From Tricharina praecox (taxonomy: Eukaryota), in assembly GCF_024521635.1 (NCBI RefSeq), contig NW_026250444.1:1-64000 (forward strand): DNA of 64,000 nucleotides. The letters run 5' to 3'. The translations under genes and the position numbers were made by a program. Positions 25,275-39,039 of the stretch are shown here, in pieces. The stretch's first letter is position 1. Each line of letters opens with the position of its first letter. A model generated the notes under the pieces. That model was given only the letters and a program-made list of their open reading frames with translations, was not told the DNA's origin and ran no database searches.

Positions 25275-28200
25275 ATGTCGTCCTCCTCCGAAGACATGCC
25301 CCTGGCAAGGAGAGCGCCAACTAATGGTATGTGAAACCTCCACTACCTTTCGCCACGACTTCCATTTCAACCTCGCCATGCGTGTACATTTAGTCCGCTC
25401 CCTTCCGTTCCTTTCTTTCAGCTTTGCTTTCGCGTGTCGCTTGCTGGCTGCGTGGCGTGGCGTGGCTTGACACAGACAACGGAAGCACCGGCGGTGGTTG
25501 CGGTGGCGGTTGCCGTTGCTGTTTCTGTTGTGTACTCCGTTTCCCGGACCCGTTCGCTGGTCGCTGACGTCTCGGTCGATGCATAGGATCGTCATCGCCG
25601 TCGAAGCTCCGAAGAAGCCCTATATTTCCGACGAAAGTTACGAAGGCAACCGATCGCAAGGCCGACAAGGAGTACCAGAAAATGGACGTCGACAACCTGG
25701 GGGAAAACGTTCCGCAGGGCATCTCGATCAGCAATGGCCCTGTAGTGGAATACGACGCCAACGGTAGGCGACTCTCGAAACGAAAAGTCCGGAAGCCCGC
25801 GATCAAGGAAGAAAGTGACAGCGATAGTGACGCTCCGCTTGTGAGTCCTCCTGTCCCTCCATCCCATCATTCAGGCCTTTGTTGATGCCCTCTAGACGAA
25901 ACGCCGAAGAACCGCCAACGGTGCTCCCAAGGCTGCTGCCGCAGTTGATTCCTCGGACGACGATGTACCGCTTGCGAAGAAATCGAGCCTCAAGGCGGCG
26001 ACGAGAAAGTCAACATCCCCAACCGTCATCAGGATGCCTCCCACCATAACAGGAGGAACCGACGAGTCGGACTCTGACATTCCACTGGCTGCGGCAAAAC
26101 TGTCGAAAGAGAAGGCTCAGATCATGAAGGAACAGAACCAAACCTCGAAGAAGCTTCAGGCCGAGGACAAGAAGGCTGCTGCGGCAAAGAAGCGGAAACC
26201 AACGGTCAAGAAGGAGGAAGAAAGTGACAGCGACGTTCCATTGAAGGCCAAGAAACGCGCTCCCCCGGCCAAGAAGGCGAACGGCGTCAAGAAGGAGGAG
26301 TCCTCCGATGACGGCAAGCCTCTTGCCAAAAAGCCGAGGGCTTCCAAGGCAGCGGCGGTCAAGGGGGCCGCCGTCAAGACCGAAGCTAAGGGCAAGGGAC
26401 GTGTCAAGAAATCAGAAACACCCGCGGTAGCCACGCCCGGTGAAAACGGAGAGAACGAAGAGGGAGATGAGGAGGAGGAGGAAGAGTACAAGTGGTGGGA
26501 ACAGCCTGAAACGGATGGCACGGTCAAATGGACTACGTTGGAGCACAACGGTGTCGTATTTCCGCCGCCTTACGAGCCCCTTCCCAAGGATGTCAAGATG
26601 CTTTACAATGGTGTTCCCGTCACACTGCCAGTTGCCGCCGAGGAGGTTGCTGGTTTCTTTGGTGCGATGCTGGAAACGAACGAGGCAAACAACAAGAAAT
26701 TCGTTCAAAACTTCTTCCACGATTTCCAAGAGGTTCTCAAGGAGAGTGGAGGTGCAAGAGATCCACAGGGAAAGGTAAAAATTCGATGATCCATCTTTCT
26801 CTCTCTCAGGTGGCTTCGATGCTGACAATTATACAGAAAGTACCGATTAAGGTCTTTGAGAAGTGCGATTTCACGGCCATGTTCAACTACTTCGAAGCGA
26901 GGAAGGCCGAGAAGAAGGCAATGAGCGCTGCGGAGAAGAAGGCACTCAAATTGGAGAAAGAGGAGGCCGAGAAGAAGTACACAACCTGTCTCCTCGATGG
27001 TCGCAAGGAGAAAGTTGGCAACTTCCGTATCGAACCTCCGGGACTCTTCCGAGGACGTGGTGACCACCCCAAGACCGGAAAAGTCAAGAAACGGGTTCAG
27101 CCTGAGCAAGTCACATTGAACATCGGCACCGAAGCTCCTGTTCCTCCGCCTCCGGAGGGCCACAAGTGGGGCGGAATTCAGCATGACGACAAAGTTACAT
27201 GGTTGGCGACATGGAAGGAGAACATCAACGGCAACATCAAGTACGTTATGCTGGCAGCCAATAGTAGTCTCAAGGGCATCAGCGACTACAAAAAGTTCGA
27301 AAAGGCTCGGGAACTGAAGGTGGGAAACTCTCAATGTTCATATGTGGCTGGCAGCAACTGACGATCATTTTTGCGGTTAGAAACACATCGACCGTATCCG
27401 TAAAGACTACACCAAGGACCTCAAGTCTACCCTCATGGCCGATCGTCAGCGTGCCACAGCGATGTACCTCATTGACGTCTTGGCTCTCAGAGCTGGAAAT
27501 GAGAAGGGTGACGATGAGGCCGACACTGTGGGTTGTTGTTCGCTGCGTTACGAGCACGTCACACTTGAGCCGCCGAACAAAGTCGTCTTCGACTTTTTGG
27601 GTAAAGATTCGATTCGTTACCACGATACTGTCGAGGTTACGCCCCAGGTATTCAAGAATATCAAGATCTTCAAGAAGGCACCGAAAACCACCGGTGACAT
27701 GATCTTTGACCGGCTCAATGTGCGTTCTGCGCCCTTTCGTTTTGGCATTTGCACGGATTATTGACATTCCATCTAGACCACCGACCTCAACAAGCATCTT
27801 CAGGGCTACATGAAGGGATTGTCTGCCAAGGTGTTCCGTACCTACAACGCCTCCTGGACAATGCAGCGTGAGATGATGCGGATACCGAACGAGGGTACAG
27901 TTCACGACAAGTATGCCGCCTACAACGAAGCCAACAGAATGGTTGCCATCTTGTGTAACCATCAGAGGACCGTGAGCAATACGCACGAAGCCTCGTTGGC
28001 CAAGGCGGGAGAGAGGGTATGATAATCCGCCCCTTACAGCGGTAACCTCGTTTCTAACGGGAGCGTACAGATCAAAGCTCTTCGGTATCAGAAGTTGCGC
28101 CTGAAGAGACAGATCCTCTTCCTCGATCCTAAGCGGAAGAAGAAGAATCCCGAGTTCTTCAAGCCGGATCCGGAAATCGACGACGATGACTGGATCAAAG

Positions 28201-28713
28201 AGCACCAGAAGGCCCTTATAGAACAGGAACGTGAGAAGATCACGAAGAAATTCGAAAAGGAAAACGAGAAGCTTGCTGCCGAGGGCGAGAAGGAATTGAA
28301 AACCGCCGACCTCAACGAGCGCCTGAAGGCCCTCAAGGAGATGGAGGACGAGTTCAAGAAGGAGAACAAGTCCGGCACCACCGAGCCCAAAACCCGAGGT
28401 GCCACCATCGAAAAGATCGAGGCTAGCATCGAGAAGATGGACGAGCGTATCCGCAAACTTGAAGTCGAAGCCAAGGTCAGGGACGACAACAAGACTGTCG
28501 CCTTGGGTACTTCCAAGATTGTGAGCTCCGACTGCTTCCTTCCTTTGTTCTCGAGTTGAAGCTAATTATATCAATCAGAACTACATCGACCCTCGCTTGA
28601 CGGTTATGTTTTGCAAGAAGTACAACGTACCCATCGAGAAGGTTTTCACCAAGACTCTCCGGGACAAGTTCAATTGGGCGTTGCAGTCCGCGGATGAGAA
28701 CTGGGAGTTTTGA
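25275..28713 (+). CDS. TOP1: DNA topoisomerase IB, multi-exon
   Basis: [50 protein letters not shown] and catalytic SKI|NYIDPR motifs. Confidence 0.98.
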
Positions 28714-29404
28714 AGGATCACACTCGTAGACGTAGACTTGGGGATGGCGTCGCTACTGTCTCTTGCTTATTGTTTTTATTCTTGTCCGTTTGTCTTATTT
28801 CAGTTATAACCGACAGAGAGGAGCTAGAAAGAAAAAGGTGATAAAGTGAGACTTGAAATGAGCTGGTTCCGGTTTTCTTTCTTGTATGTTTAGTTTTCTC
28901 GGTATTGTTTGATTGGAGTTTCCGCGTATACTGCATTCTGCGTTTGATTTTGGGGGAGCAGGGGGATCGGGGATGGGGTATGGATCGGTGGGGGTAGGCG
29001 TGAGGGGATGAAGGCTTGTATTTGTATAAAGGGGTTTCTTGTCTTTCTTTCTTTTCTTATCCTCTTTAAGAGATTCGTATCTAACGTAGATGGAAGACTA
29101 GGGAACAGGTGATGGTCAGGACAGTATGAGAATGAGTAGAGGGTTCCAGTGAAGAAGGTCTGGTGTGTACCTGAGTAGTGAGAACGGTGATGTGCATGGT
29201 GAACGTGCTTCGATGCGTGGCTGTCACGTCCTCAGCTGCTGCCAAGCCCGAGAACCCTGTATGTAAGATCCACACCGGTGCATAGCTCATCCAGCATCAG
29301 CCAGCTCCACCCATACCTCACCTCCATATCTACCCCATACAAATAACCGGCCCATCACTCGCGCCCGCCTCCCTCGCCATCCCGAAATCCAAACCAAACA
29401 CAAA

Positions 29405-30737
29405 ATGTCGCGAGACTACACCTCCACAATGTCTTCTAAATACGCCGCACTACCCGATCTCGTACTGCCCCACGCTCCTCCGAGCAGCTCCCCAGAGCCA
29501 TGCTAACACCTCCCCGTCCCTTTCCAGGACAACTCTCAAGACATCTACGAAACACCCGACTTGACCTCCGATGTCTCGACAGCTCCGGGCACCACCCTCC
29601 CAGATATTGACGACGCCTCGTCGTCCGCCGGCTCGTCGACCAGCAGTATCGACGCAACCCCGCTGCAGCCCAGCGATGCCGCGAAGAGGTTTCTACATGC
29701 AGAGGTGGATGCCAGTGACGTGGACTTCTCGGACAGGATTGATGGCGGTCGGAGCTACAAAGTCCGACGGAAGTGGGAGGGCGAGACGAGGGAGATGCGG
29801 ATTGCGAGGTTGGTTAGGGAGGTGGAGGAGGTTAGGGCGCAGGAGGTGGGGGAGAAAGAGGGTGAGGGGGACGGGGTGAAGGAACTGGCGCAGGCGTTGG
29901 AGATGTTGGTCGATGGCGCGCCGGGGAGGTTGAAGAGGTTAATGGAGGGACGGGTGGTCACAGCTACTAAGGAGGTGCCGCCCGGGGTGGTTGGGGAGGG
30001 GGGGGAGGCGGAAAAGGGAGAGGTGGGGTCTTTTCTATGCATAGTGGAGTACGGCGGCTGATGATCGATAGGATATGGAGTCCGGGACCACATCAACGTA
30101 CACCGTCACATATGCCCCGGACTACAAGAAGACACACACACTGGCCAAAGTGGCAGAATTCGACGACCGCATAACGTTTCTCGAGAAGGTGCTGGGCATG
30201 TCAGCGCTCACGCTCGACGCCGACAGCGACTCCCTGCTCGCCCCCGCAATGATCCCGCATCTCGAGGAGCTTTCGCGGCAGATGACGGTGCTGAACAGCA
30301 GCACGACCAGCTCGCTCGACTCCGCGTCGCGCCGCGTAAAGCAGCTCACCGCCGACACCGAGAAGCTGGCGGAGGCGCGGAAGGCGGCGAAGACGGAGGC
30401 GGTAACGGCCGAGGAGGATGATGAGACCACCGCGAAGATCAATGCGCTGTATGGCGTCTTGCCGACCATCGAGAGTATGAAACCGCTGCTGCCGGCGCTG
30501 CTGGATCGGTTGCGGAGTCTGAGGGCCGTGCATCAGGATGCGGCTAGGGCGGCCGAGATCCTGGTGGCAGTGGAGAAGCGGCAGGAGGAGATGGCGGCAG
30601 AGATACTGAAGTGGGAGGAGACGCTGGGTAAAGTCGAGGAGGTGGTCAAGACGAGCGGGCAGACGGTCGAGGGGAACATGGTCAAGGTTGAGACGTGGGT
30701 TAGGGAGATTGAAAAGAAGATGGAGGCTTTGCGGTAG
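29405..30737 (+). CDS. DCTN2: Dynamitin (dynactin p50), 3 exons
   Basis: KYAALPDL|D..QDIYETPDL, DFSDRI, RL.REVEE and LPALLDRLRSLRAVH motifs; alternative in-frame ATG about 24 nt downstream. Confidence 0.88.
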
Positions 30738-31316
30738 GGGAGTTTCGGTTCCGGAGTTGGGGGTGTACTTGTGTTGTGTGCTCCATGCAAGATTTATATC
30801 CTGGGTGACGTAAGGCGTGAGGGAGTCGATAATGTTAATACGGTACATGGCGAGATGTTGCTTTGGCCGGTGGGTGAACGGGCTTGAGCCGTCCACGCAT
30901 TCCGTTGTATGGAATAGTGAGATTCGAAGGAATATCGTAGATCTAGAGTAGCAAGACCTCCGACGGAAACCACTTTTATCTCGTTTCCTTTCCTGTCACC
31001 AAAGAATCGAATTCCGGAACTGTGGTCGGCGCGGTGGGACACCACGTGACCGGTAGATAGCCCGGCTTTGTTTAGTCTCGGGTCTGTGCCACAGCTTTCG
31101 AATGACCAGATCGTTGCGTGCAGGTCAGAAATCAGCACGTTTGATAGATACGATCGGCACGAACCGTTCTCGGCTACCGTACCTTGCCTAGATACATCCC
31201 ACCTAGAGAAATAGCTATCTCCTTACTTACCCTACTCTACATCCCGACGCGTACACTCTTGTGTAGTACTATACACCCACCAACGCCCTCTCCAATCCTC
31301 CGTGCCCCTCCACTCA

Positions 31317-32681
31317 ATGTCTCAAAGCAGCAAGCGCAAGCGCACCAGCACACTGACGCCTCCCGCGGCGGTGGATGTTGGTGCCTCCACCTCCGCCTCC
31401 GCCGGCCCTGACGCCGCGACCATCGCTGTAACAGCCCGCGTGCTCACGCCGACGTCCAGCAGCAACCCGGCCTCGTCCTCGTCGCAGGCGCACACGCCCG
31501 TCGTCGACTGTCCGTTCAACATTGAGTTCCGCCAGGGGAGGACGGGAAGGTACTGTGCGAAGCCGGCTGCCTCCGCCATCGATGTCAGACGCCCCCCGGA
31601 GGATTCGAATACCGTCTATATTGTACGGCCGGAGAAGAAGTGGAAGGCCTTGAAGAGGTATCGGGATTTTACTGGTGGGTTGTGATTGTTGTTTTTGGGG
31701 CGGGGGAGGATGGGAGTGGGGGTGATGCTTGCTGATGCTGGGACAGTCGGTGAGGAGCACTTCGTGCCCGGCGACTTTGTGTACATCAACAACGAGAGCA
31801 TACCGCACGGGACGGAGCTGACAAGCGTGGACGAGTCGAAGTTCTGGATCGCGCGGATTCTCGAGATCAAGGCCTCGGACGAATTCCACGTGTACCTGCG
31901 GATCTACTGGATGTACCGGCCCGGGGACCTGAAGGGCGGGAAGCAGTGGCATCATGGCGCCAACGAGGTGGTCAATAGTAATCACATGGATGTGGTCGAT
32001 GCTATGACGGTCATTGGAAAGGCCCAGGTTGGACATTGGCTCGAAATGGATGACGACGAGGAGCTGCCGATGCTCTACTGGAGACAGATTTACGACTACA
32101 TGAGCAAAACGGTTGGTGAGGTCAGGAGGCACTGCAGGTGTGACAGATATTATAATCCCGACAGGAAGATGTACGGCTGCGGTAATCCGGCGTGTGGGAA
32201 GTGGTTGCATGAGGAGTGTCTGATTGAAGAAGTCAAAAAGCGGGTGATGGAGCGCGGGGGTGGGCCGCCGCCGAGGACGGAGTATAAGATGGACGTGGAT
32301 ATTACCGAGGGTGGTGGGGGCTTGGTCAAGGTGGCGCCGAAGCGGAAGGGCGGCGGTACGGGTGTGGGTGTGGGGCTTACCGTCCCTGCGCTGCGCACTG
32401 CTGCCGTCCCCGAGATGCCAAAGAAGAATACGCATATTGCGGCCGGGGCGGTGCATGCAAAGAACGGAAAGAGGAAGACGAAGAAGGAGATACTCGCCGA
32501 GCTCGAAAAGATACAGGTTACGTTCGTCGACGGCAAGAAGGTGATGGCGCATGTGCGTGATATCCGCGGTGTCAGTGCTACAGTTGGAAATAAGAATCAC
32601 GAACACGAACATGCTGAATACAAGATTCAGGAATGGGATGAAACTGTTGATTGTTTGGCTTGTGGTACAACGCTCGAGTGA
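31317..32681 (+). CDS. BAH-PHD chromatin reader (EBS/EPR-1-like), 2 exons
   Basis: FWIARILEIKA..HVYLRIYWMYRP and NEVVNSNHMDV (BAH); CRC..YNPD..C..C.KWLH..C plus terminal CLAC (split PHD); intron about 31675-31746. Confidence 0.85.
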
Positions 32682-33132
32682 TGGGGTGTGGTGTTTGGGC
32701 ATTATTTTTACGAGATGCTTTATGTGTTTCTTATTATTATGGGAGTGTGGGAGAGGGCTGAGAAAATAAGAATGACTGGACGAAGGATAGTGCTCGGGGA
32801 AGGTCTATTTCATTCAAGTATTGGGGTTGGCTTTCTGGGGAGATAATGGTGTTTAATGGTGTTTCTTTGCTCTATTCTGCTTTTGCTCCTGTCACCTGTG
32901 TATGTTTTATGAGTTTTATCATTGTTATTGAGCGGTTTGCTTTTGTTTAATGATTTCGCGCGGTCTAAGGGTGGTAATAGATGGTCGTTACGCGATTGAG
33001 ATTTCGAGCGCCACCAACGATCGACATGACGTGTATAGTTAGGTGCCTATTCTATCTCGAGCTCCCTGGTAACTCAACTGTAGCCGGTATCCTAGATTCA
33101 ACGTCACCCCAAGGCTCGATCCTACCATCACA

Positions 33133-34885
33133 ATGGGCGCAATGGGTCTGTCGACAACTCTGCCGCCTCGATGCCAGACCTTCTACTAACTGGCATCTAG
33201 ATGTCATCTTGCACCTGCTGCCACCGCTCACGATCCTGAGCCACCTACTCGTCTCGCCCTTCACCAAAGTCGAGGAATCCTTCTCCCTCCAGGCCACTCA
33301 CGACATACTTCGCCACGGCCTCCCAACCAGCAACGTTACCCTCCTATCTCACCGCGCACTATGACCACCTGGCCTTTCCAGGTGCCGTCCCTCGCTCCTT
33401 CGTCGGGCCACTTCTCCTCTCGCAAGCCAGCATACCATTCATCCACCTCTTTGGCGGCTCCGTGAACGAGCAAGTAATAGGTCCAGCGTCCCCCCTCACC
33501 TCCGTGACACGCACAGCTTACACGCCTCACAACCAGTCCGTGGCACACTCGGTCTCCTCTCCTCTCTAGCACTGAGTTACTACATCCGTCGCGTGCGCCT
33601 CGCCTATGGCGCACCCACAGCATGGTTCTACACATTACTCCAGCTGTCGCAATTCCACTTTGCATACTACGCCTCGCGCACGCTCCCCAACACATTCGCA
33701 CTGATCCCCTCGGTGATCGCACACGCATGTTTCCTTCCCGCGCCGGGCTGGCGGCAATCCACGCAGCGGAACCATCTCAAGCTCGGGATCTACCTGCTGA
33801 CCCTCGCCACGGTGGTATTCCGCAGCGAGTTGGTGCTGCTCCTGGCATTCCAGGCGTTGGACCTGCTAGTTTCGCGGCGGCTGACGCTGCCGCAAATCTT
33901 CGCTGCCGGGCTCGCCGGCGGGATCATGGGGCTTGTGGCGACGCTCGCGGTGGACTCCTACTTCTGGCTGTCGTTCGGCGCCGCACCGATCTTTACCACG
34001 CCGGTGCTGACGGAGCGCTTCGGCCTGCTGTGGCCCGAGTTCTCGGCCTTTCACTTCAACGCGGTGCTGGGCTCCGCTTCGCAATGGGGGGATAGTCACT
34101 GGCACTACTACTTCACCTCCGCGCTGCCGAAGCTGCTGCTCAACCCCACCAGCCTCGTGCTGCTACCCCTGGGCGCCTTCGCGCTGCCGCACGCAGCACG
34201 CGCACTCCTCCTACCCGCGCTCTCGTTCATCACCGTCTACTCCGCCGCCGTGAAACACAAAGAGTGGCGCTTCATCGTGTACACCGTCCCGCAGATCACG
34301 CTGATGTCCGCCCTCGCGGCGGCGTGGCTGTGGAATCGCCGCGCGAAGTTTGTGGCCATCCGACTGCTACTGCTGGCGGTGCTCGCGTCGGTCCCCGTGA
34401 GCTTAATGGCGTCCGCCGGGATGGCCGCAGTGAGCTCGTTTAATTACCCCGGTGGCGAGGCGATGCAGAGGGTTCACGCGCTTGCGGTGTCGGGGAATAC
34501 TACGGGCACGGAGATGAAGGTCCACCTCGACGTGTTGACGTGCATGACCGGCGCCACACGGTTCTTGCAGGAAGCGCCGCTGTATCCCCCCTCGACACCT
34601 AAGTATGCGAGTCACATAGTCTGGGACAAGACGGAAGACGCGACTACGCTGCTCACGCCCGCCTTCTGGGAGGACGTGGAGTATGCGCTCGTCGCGGCGA
34701 AGGAGAAGACGATTGGCCCGTACGAGGTGGTGGATGTCATCCGTGGGTTTGGGGGCGTGCGGGTGTTCAGGCCTGGTGATGAGGAGGGCGGCGAGGGGTG
34801 GGGGCTACGGAGGTATCTGGGTGGGTGGTGGGTCGGTGTCAACATGAGGGAGTGGATATGGATCGTGCGTAGGCAGAGTTTGTAA
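33133..34885 (+). CDS. ALG12: Dol-P-Man alpha-1,6-mannosyltransferase Alg12; apparent 1-nt frameshift near 33340
   Basis: PFTKVEESF..QATHD, YDH..FPGAVPRSF.G, YASRTLPN, HKEWRFIVY and NYPGG motifs. Confidence 0.92.
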
Positions 34886-34963
34886 AAATAGCAGTAATTC
34901 TATGGCATTGATATCCTCCTCCTCCTCCTCCTACTCCGCCGCTTCCCCCGTCAGGAGAAACGT

Positions 34964-35420
34964 CTAGCCCAGAAGTAGTTCGTAGATGATAACCACAGTA
35001 TTAATCCCGATGAGCGGTACTGTTGTCGACACATTAGCCCAATCCCCCAATTCCACAATACACCCCCAGCTTCCCCTTCCCCCACCCCTTCCAGCCCCCA
35101 GCCCCCAGCAGAGAAGCACTTACTCCTAGTCAACAACCTCGTCGCCGATATGAGGTTTACCATCTTCGCCTTGATGCTGACATCGCCCGTGTTCCCGCCA
35201 AACGACACCTGCTCCGGCTGCGTTGCTGCCCAGCCGATGCGCGCAAGGAAGCGGTCTTCTGAGAGGATCGCGATGCCGTTGATTATCAGGATTATCACTG
35301 GGGGTTGTTAGCTTACTGGAAGGGGGGAAGGGAGCTAGGGGAGGGGGGAGGGGGGAGGGATTGGGGAGCGGAGGGAACTGGGGGCGCACTCTTGATCAGT
35401 GGGAGAAGGCCGAAGAGCAT
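34964..35420 (-). CDS. YOS1: ER-Golgi transport protein Yos1, 3 exons
   Basis: NGIAILSEDRFLARIGW and PLIGIN..IIYELLLG motifs. Confidence 0.92.
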
Positions 35421-36072
35421 TTTGGCGGTTCTGGGGGTGGTGTGTTCCGGGAATGGGAGGTGGTGGGTGTTGCCGTGCTGTGCTGGTGATCGTGGTGAGG
35501 TTCGCGGGCGAGGTGTCGTATGCGTGAGCGTGGGCGTGAGCGTGAGGGAGTTGCCGCGTTTAGCTGCAGTGGACTTTAAATATCCACGCGATCTGGTAAG
35601 TACTCCAGAGTACGTAGTGCACCGCCACAGATACACGGGAAGCGCCACACCGACGAGTAGTACCTAGTAAAGCACGTTCCATGGCTCTTCCAGAATCCAC
35701 TGTGCGTTCATTCCGAAACCGATCGAGATTCAGATTTCCCTCATCCGCAGCCGGGATGGACAATTCCCCCGCAGTGGTAATGGTATCCTCTATCCAGTTC
35801 CTATGTATTCTCGCTCCGTCAGGTTCCGGCAACTCGCTTTCCCTCAACCCTAGAGTAGGCATATTAGCAGTGACATCACCCCTCACGTCTCAGCTTCCAG
35901 GTTTCCGCTGCTGGATAAACTGCGTGCCGGAGATAAGACGGTGCAGCAACAACACAACTCGGCTGCCGGTTGAGCCGGATACACAATATAACGAGCACTT
36001 CTTTTCCTTCGTTCTTCCCTTTTATCTTCACATCGACGGAGTCACAGAACCCCACAGCATATCACTCGAGCC

Positions 36073-37276
36073 ATGGACAAAGCGCAAGCACTCGCCGCGA
36101 AAGCCACCCCCGGCGGCCCGGGGATTGAGCTGTACTCCGCGAAATTCTACGGCGCGTGCACCATTGGCGGGATGCTTGCTTGCGTACATCCCCCTCTTCC
36201 CACCCCGCTCCCCGCCAGTTCCCCCGCCCCCCGCCAGTTCCCCCGCCCTCCACTGACACTCGTCCACCTACGTAGGGCGTAACACACACCGCCGTCACCC
36301 CGCTAGACCTTGTCAAATGCCGCAGACAAGTGGATTCGAAGCTCTACAAGGGCAACTTCCAAGCGTGGAGCACGATCATGCGGGCCGAGGGCGTGCGCGG
36401 GATCTACACCGGCGGCTCCCCCACGTTCTTTGGGTACAGTGCGCAGGGAGCGTTTAAATACGGCGGGTATGTCTCCTCCTTCTTAGTTAATGGCGTGCTG
36501 GGTTGGGCTGGGTTGACGGGGATGTGCGGCCAGATACGAGTACTTCAAGAAAGCGTACTCGACGCTCGCGGGCCCCGAGAACGCCGAGCGCTACAAGACC
36601 GGAGTCTATCTTGCTGCGTCGGCCAGTGCAGAGTTCCTGGCGGATATCGCGCTGTGCCCGTTCGAGGCGGTCAAGGTGCGCATGCAGACGACGATTCCGC
36701 CCACGTTCACAGGCACCTTCCAGGGCATCTCGAGTGTGGTGGCGAAGGAGGGCGTGGCTGGCCTGTATAAGGGCATTGTCCCGTTGTGGGGGAGGCAGAT
36801 TCCTTGTGAGTAACGAGCTGGGGGATTGGGTGGGGGAGGAGAGGGGGAATGCGGGGATGGTTGCTGATGCATGATTGCCAGACACGATGATGAAATTCGC
36901 CTCGTTCGAAACGATCGTTTCGATGATCTACGCGCGGCTCGCGAAGCCCAAGGACCAATACGGCAAGGGCGTGCAGACGGCGGTATCCTTCACGGGAGGC
37001 TACCTCGCCGGAATCCTGTGCGCGATCGTATCACACCCGGCAGACGTGATGGTCTCCAAGCTGAACCAGAAGCGCGCGCCCGGCGAGAGCGCGGGCCAGG
37101 CCACCAGTAGAATCTACAAGCAGATTGGGTTCGGAGGGTTGTGGAATGGTCTGCCTGTCAGGATCGTCATGATTGGTACCCTCACCGGTCTGCAGTGGCT
37201 CATGTATGATTCGTTCAAGATCATGGTCGGACTGCCGACTACGGGTGGCGCGGCTGCGGAGGAGGAGAAGAAGTAG
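36073..37276 (+). CDS. PIC2: Mitochondrial phosphate carrier (Pic2/SLC25A3 type), 4 exons
   Basis: [41 protein letters not shown] and [18 protein letters not shown] motifs. Confidence 0.93.
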
Positions 37277-37607
37277 AATGGGATAGAGAATGGGGAAAAT
37301 AAGGGGAAGAAGGAGGACGGAGCGAGGTTGCTTTGATTTGGCGTAATATACCAACCAGTCTTTATTCGTTCATTATCACGATACCGTCGAGTGACTATCT
37401 ATGACAAAGTGTTCGAGACATCGACGCCAATCGTAACTAATGCATCACCAAGCCCTTGGTGTGCATGTGCGAGCAACAAACCAAGAAACTACCTGAGTAC
37501 CATCTTGCATCTGCGGTGGCAACATGCGTAGGGTGCCACCACCAACCCACCAGTGCCAGTGGCCAGATGCACCCAGCGACCAGATGCGCCGAGCAACCAT
37601 AACGCCA

Positions 37608-37696
37608 TGACGTCCCACCACCACAGCGTGGCACGGGGGCGGAGCGCGGGGAGCGGGGAGGGAGGGCGGTGACGTATACATACCGCTCGATATAAA
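37608..37696 (+). promoter_or_regulatory. Putative promoter with two CRE-like TGACGT sites and a TATA box
   Basis: TGACGT at 37608, TGACGTA at 37670, TATAAA at 37691, about 125 nt before ATG 37819. Confidence 0.5.
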
Positions 37697-37818
37697 CCCA
37701 CCGCCCGCCTCTACGCTCATCTCACTCATCACTCAATTCCCCCCTCGATACTCATCTCATCCATCACACTCAATTTCCCACAAATCACAAGCAAATACTA
37801 CGAGTAAATAAAACAGCA

Positions 37819-39039
37819 ATGGACTCAATCTTTGCCGCCGTCAAAGACACCCTCGTTGACAAAGCCCTCGGACGGGACGACAAAGACAAGGACCGAGACA
37901 CCGAGCGAGAGCGGGACACAGACGCCGACCGGGAGCGCGCCTCCTACCCCTCCTCATCCAACCGCAACGAGCACTCATCCTCCTCCTCCTACCCACCCAA
38001 CCAGTCCTCGCACGGCCGTGACGAGCGCCGAGACGAGGACCTTGGCAGCGGCTACGGCGGCCACGGCGGACGCTCACAAGACCAACGGCCGGCGGGGTAC
38101 GGCGAGGACTCATCGCGCGACACGCGCGGCTACAGCCGCGACGAAGCACAGAGCCACGACCCGCGCGACGACGACCACATGCGGGGCTACGGCGGGCACG
38201 GGGGGCGGGCGCAGGACCAGCGGCCGGCGGGCTACGGCCAGGACTCGGAGCGCGATGTGCGCGGGTACCCGCGGCCGTCGGACGATGAGCGGGGGAGTGG
38301 ATATAGTGGGCATGGTGGCCGCGCGCAGGAGCAGGGAAGGGCGACGTACGGCGAGGATAGCGAGCGCGATGTGAGGGGGTATTCTCGCGAGGAGGCGCAG
38401 AGGGATGTTCCTGCTGGTAGAGAGTACCGTGCTGGTGCTGGGGCGAATACGGCGCAGGAGTACTACTCCGGTGCGTCTGGGGAGTACCGGGGCGCCGTTG
38501 AGGTGGCCGAGCGAGAGAGCTCCGAGAGCGGATCGTTGTTTAGTAGTGCGCTCAAGATGTTGAGTGGCAGCCAGGCGCGCAAGGACGACGTCGATGAGGA
38601 CGAAGTCGTCAATACGCACAAGCAGGTGTATGGTGGCGGGAACACCGGACAGCTCGGCAGCCAGAGTCTTGGGCAGGCGGCGGCGATGCAGGCGCTGAAA
38701 CACTTTACGGGCGGCAGTGGCGGAAGCTCGGGCGGTGCCGCCGCCGGAGGTCAGAATGCGTTTATTGGCATGGCGATGGCCGAGGCGGTCAAGCTGTTCG
38801 ATACGCAGAGGGCGCAGGGCAATGTGGTAAGTCTTACTTTTATTTCTCTTTAATTTGATACACGTGGATTAACTGGGGTGTAGGCACCCACCGAGACCAA
38901 GCAGGACGTGGTCGGACAGGCTGCACAGTTCGCACTCAAGCTTTTCTTGAAGAGCAAGATGGATGCTGCTACTGGAGGTAGCGGTGGTGGTGGTGGTGCT
39001 GGGTTGATGGGGTTGGCGCAGCAGTTCTTGATGAAGTGA
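37819..39039 (+). CDS. Hydrophilic Gly-rich repeat protein with a beta-flanking-like C-terminal domain, 2 exons
   Basis: AAAMQALK.F..FIGMAMAEA.KLFD..KQDVV..AA..ALKLFLKS motifs; intron 38827-38883. Confidence 0.8.

Noticed and set aside
31314..32702. 462-aa antisense ORF over the BAH-PHD gene
   Set aside because: Shadow ORF expected from GC-rich codon usage; no recognisable domain
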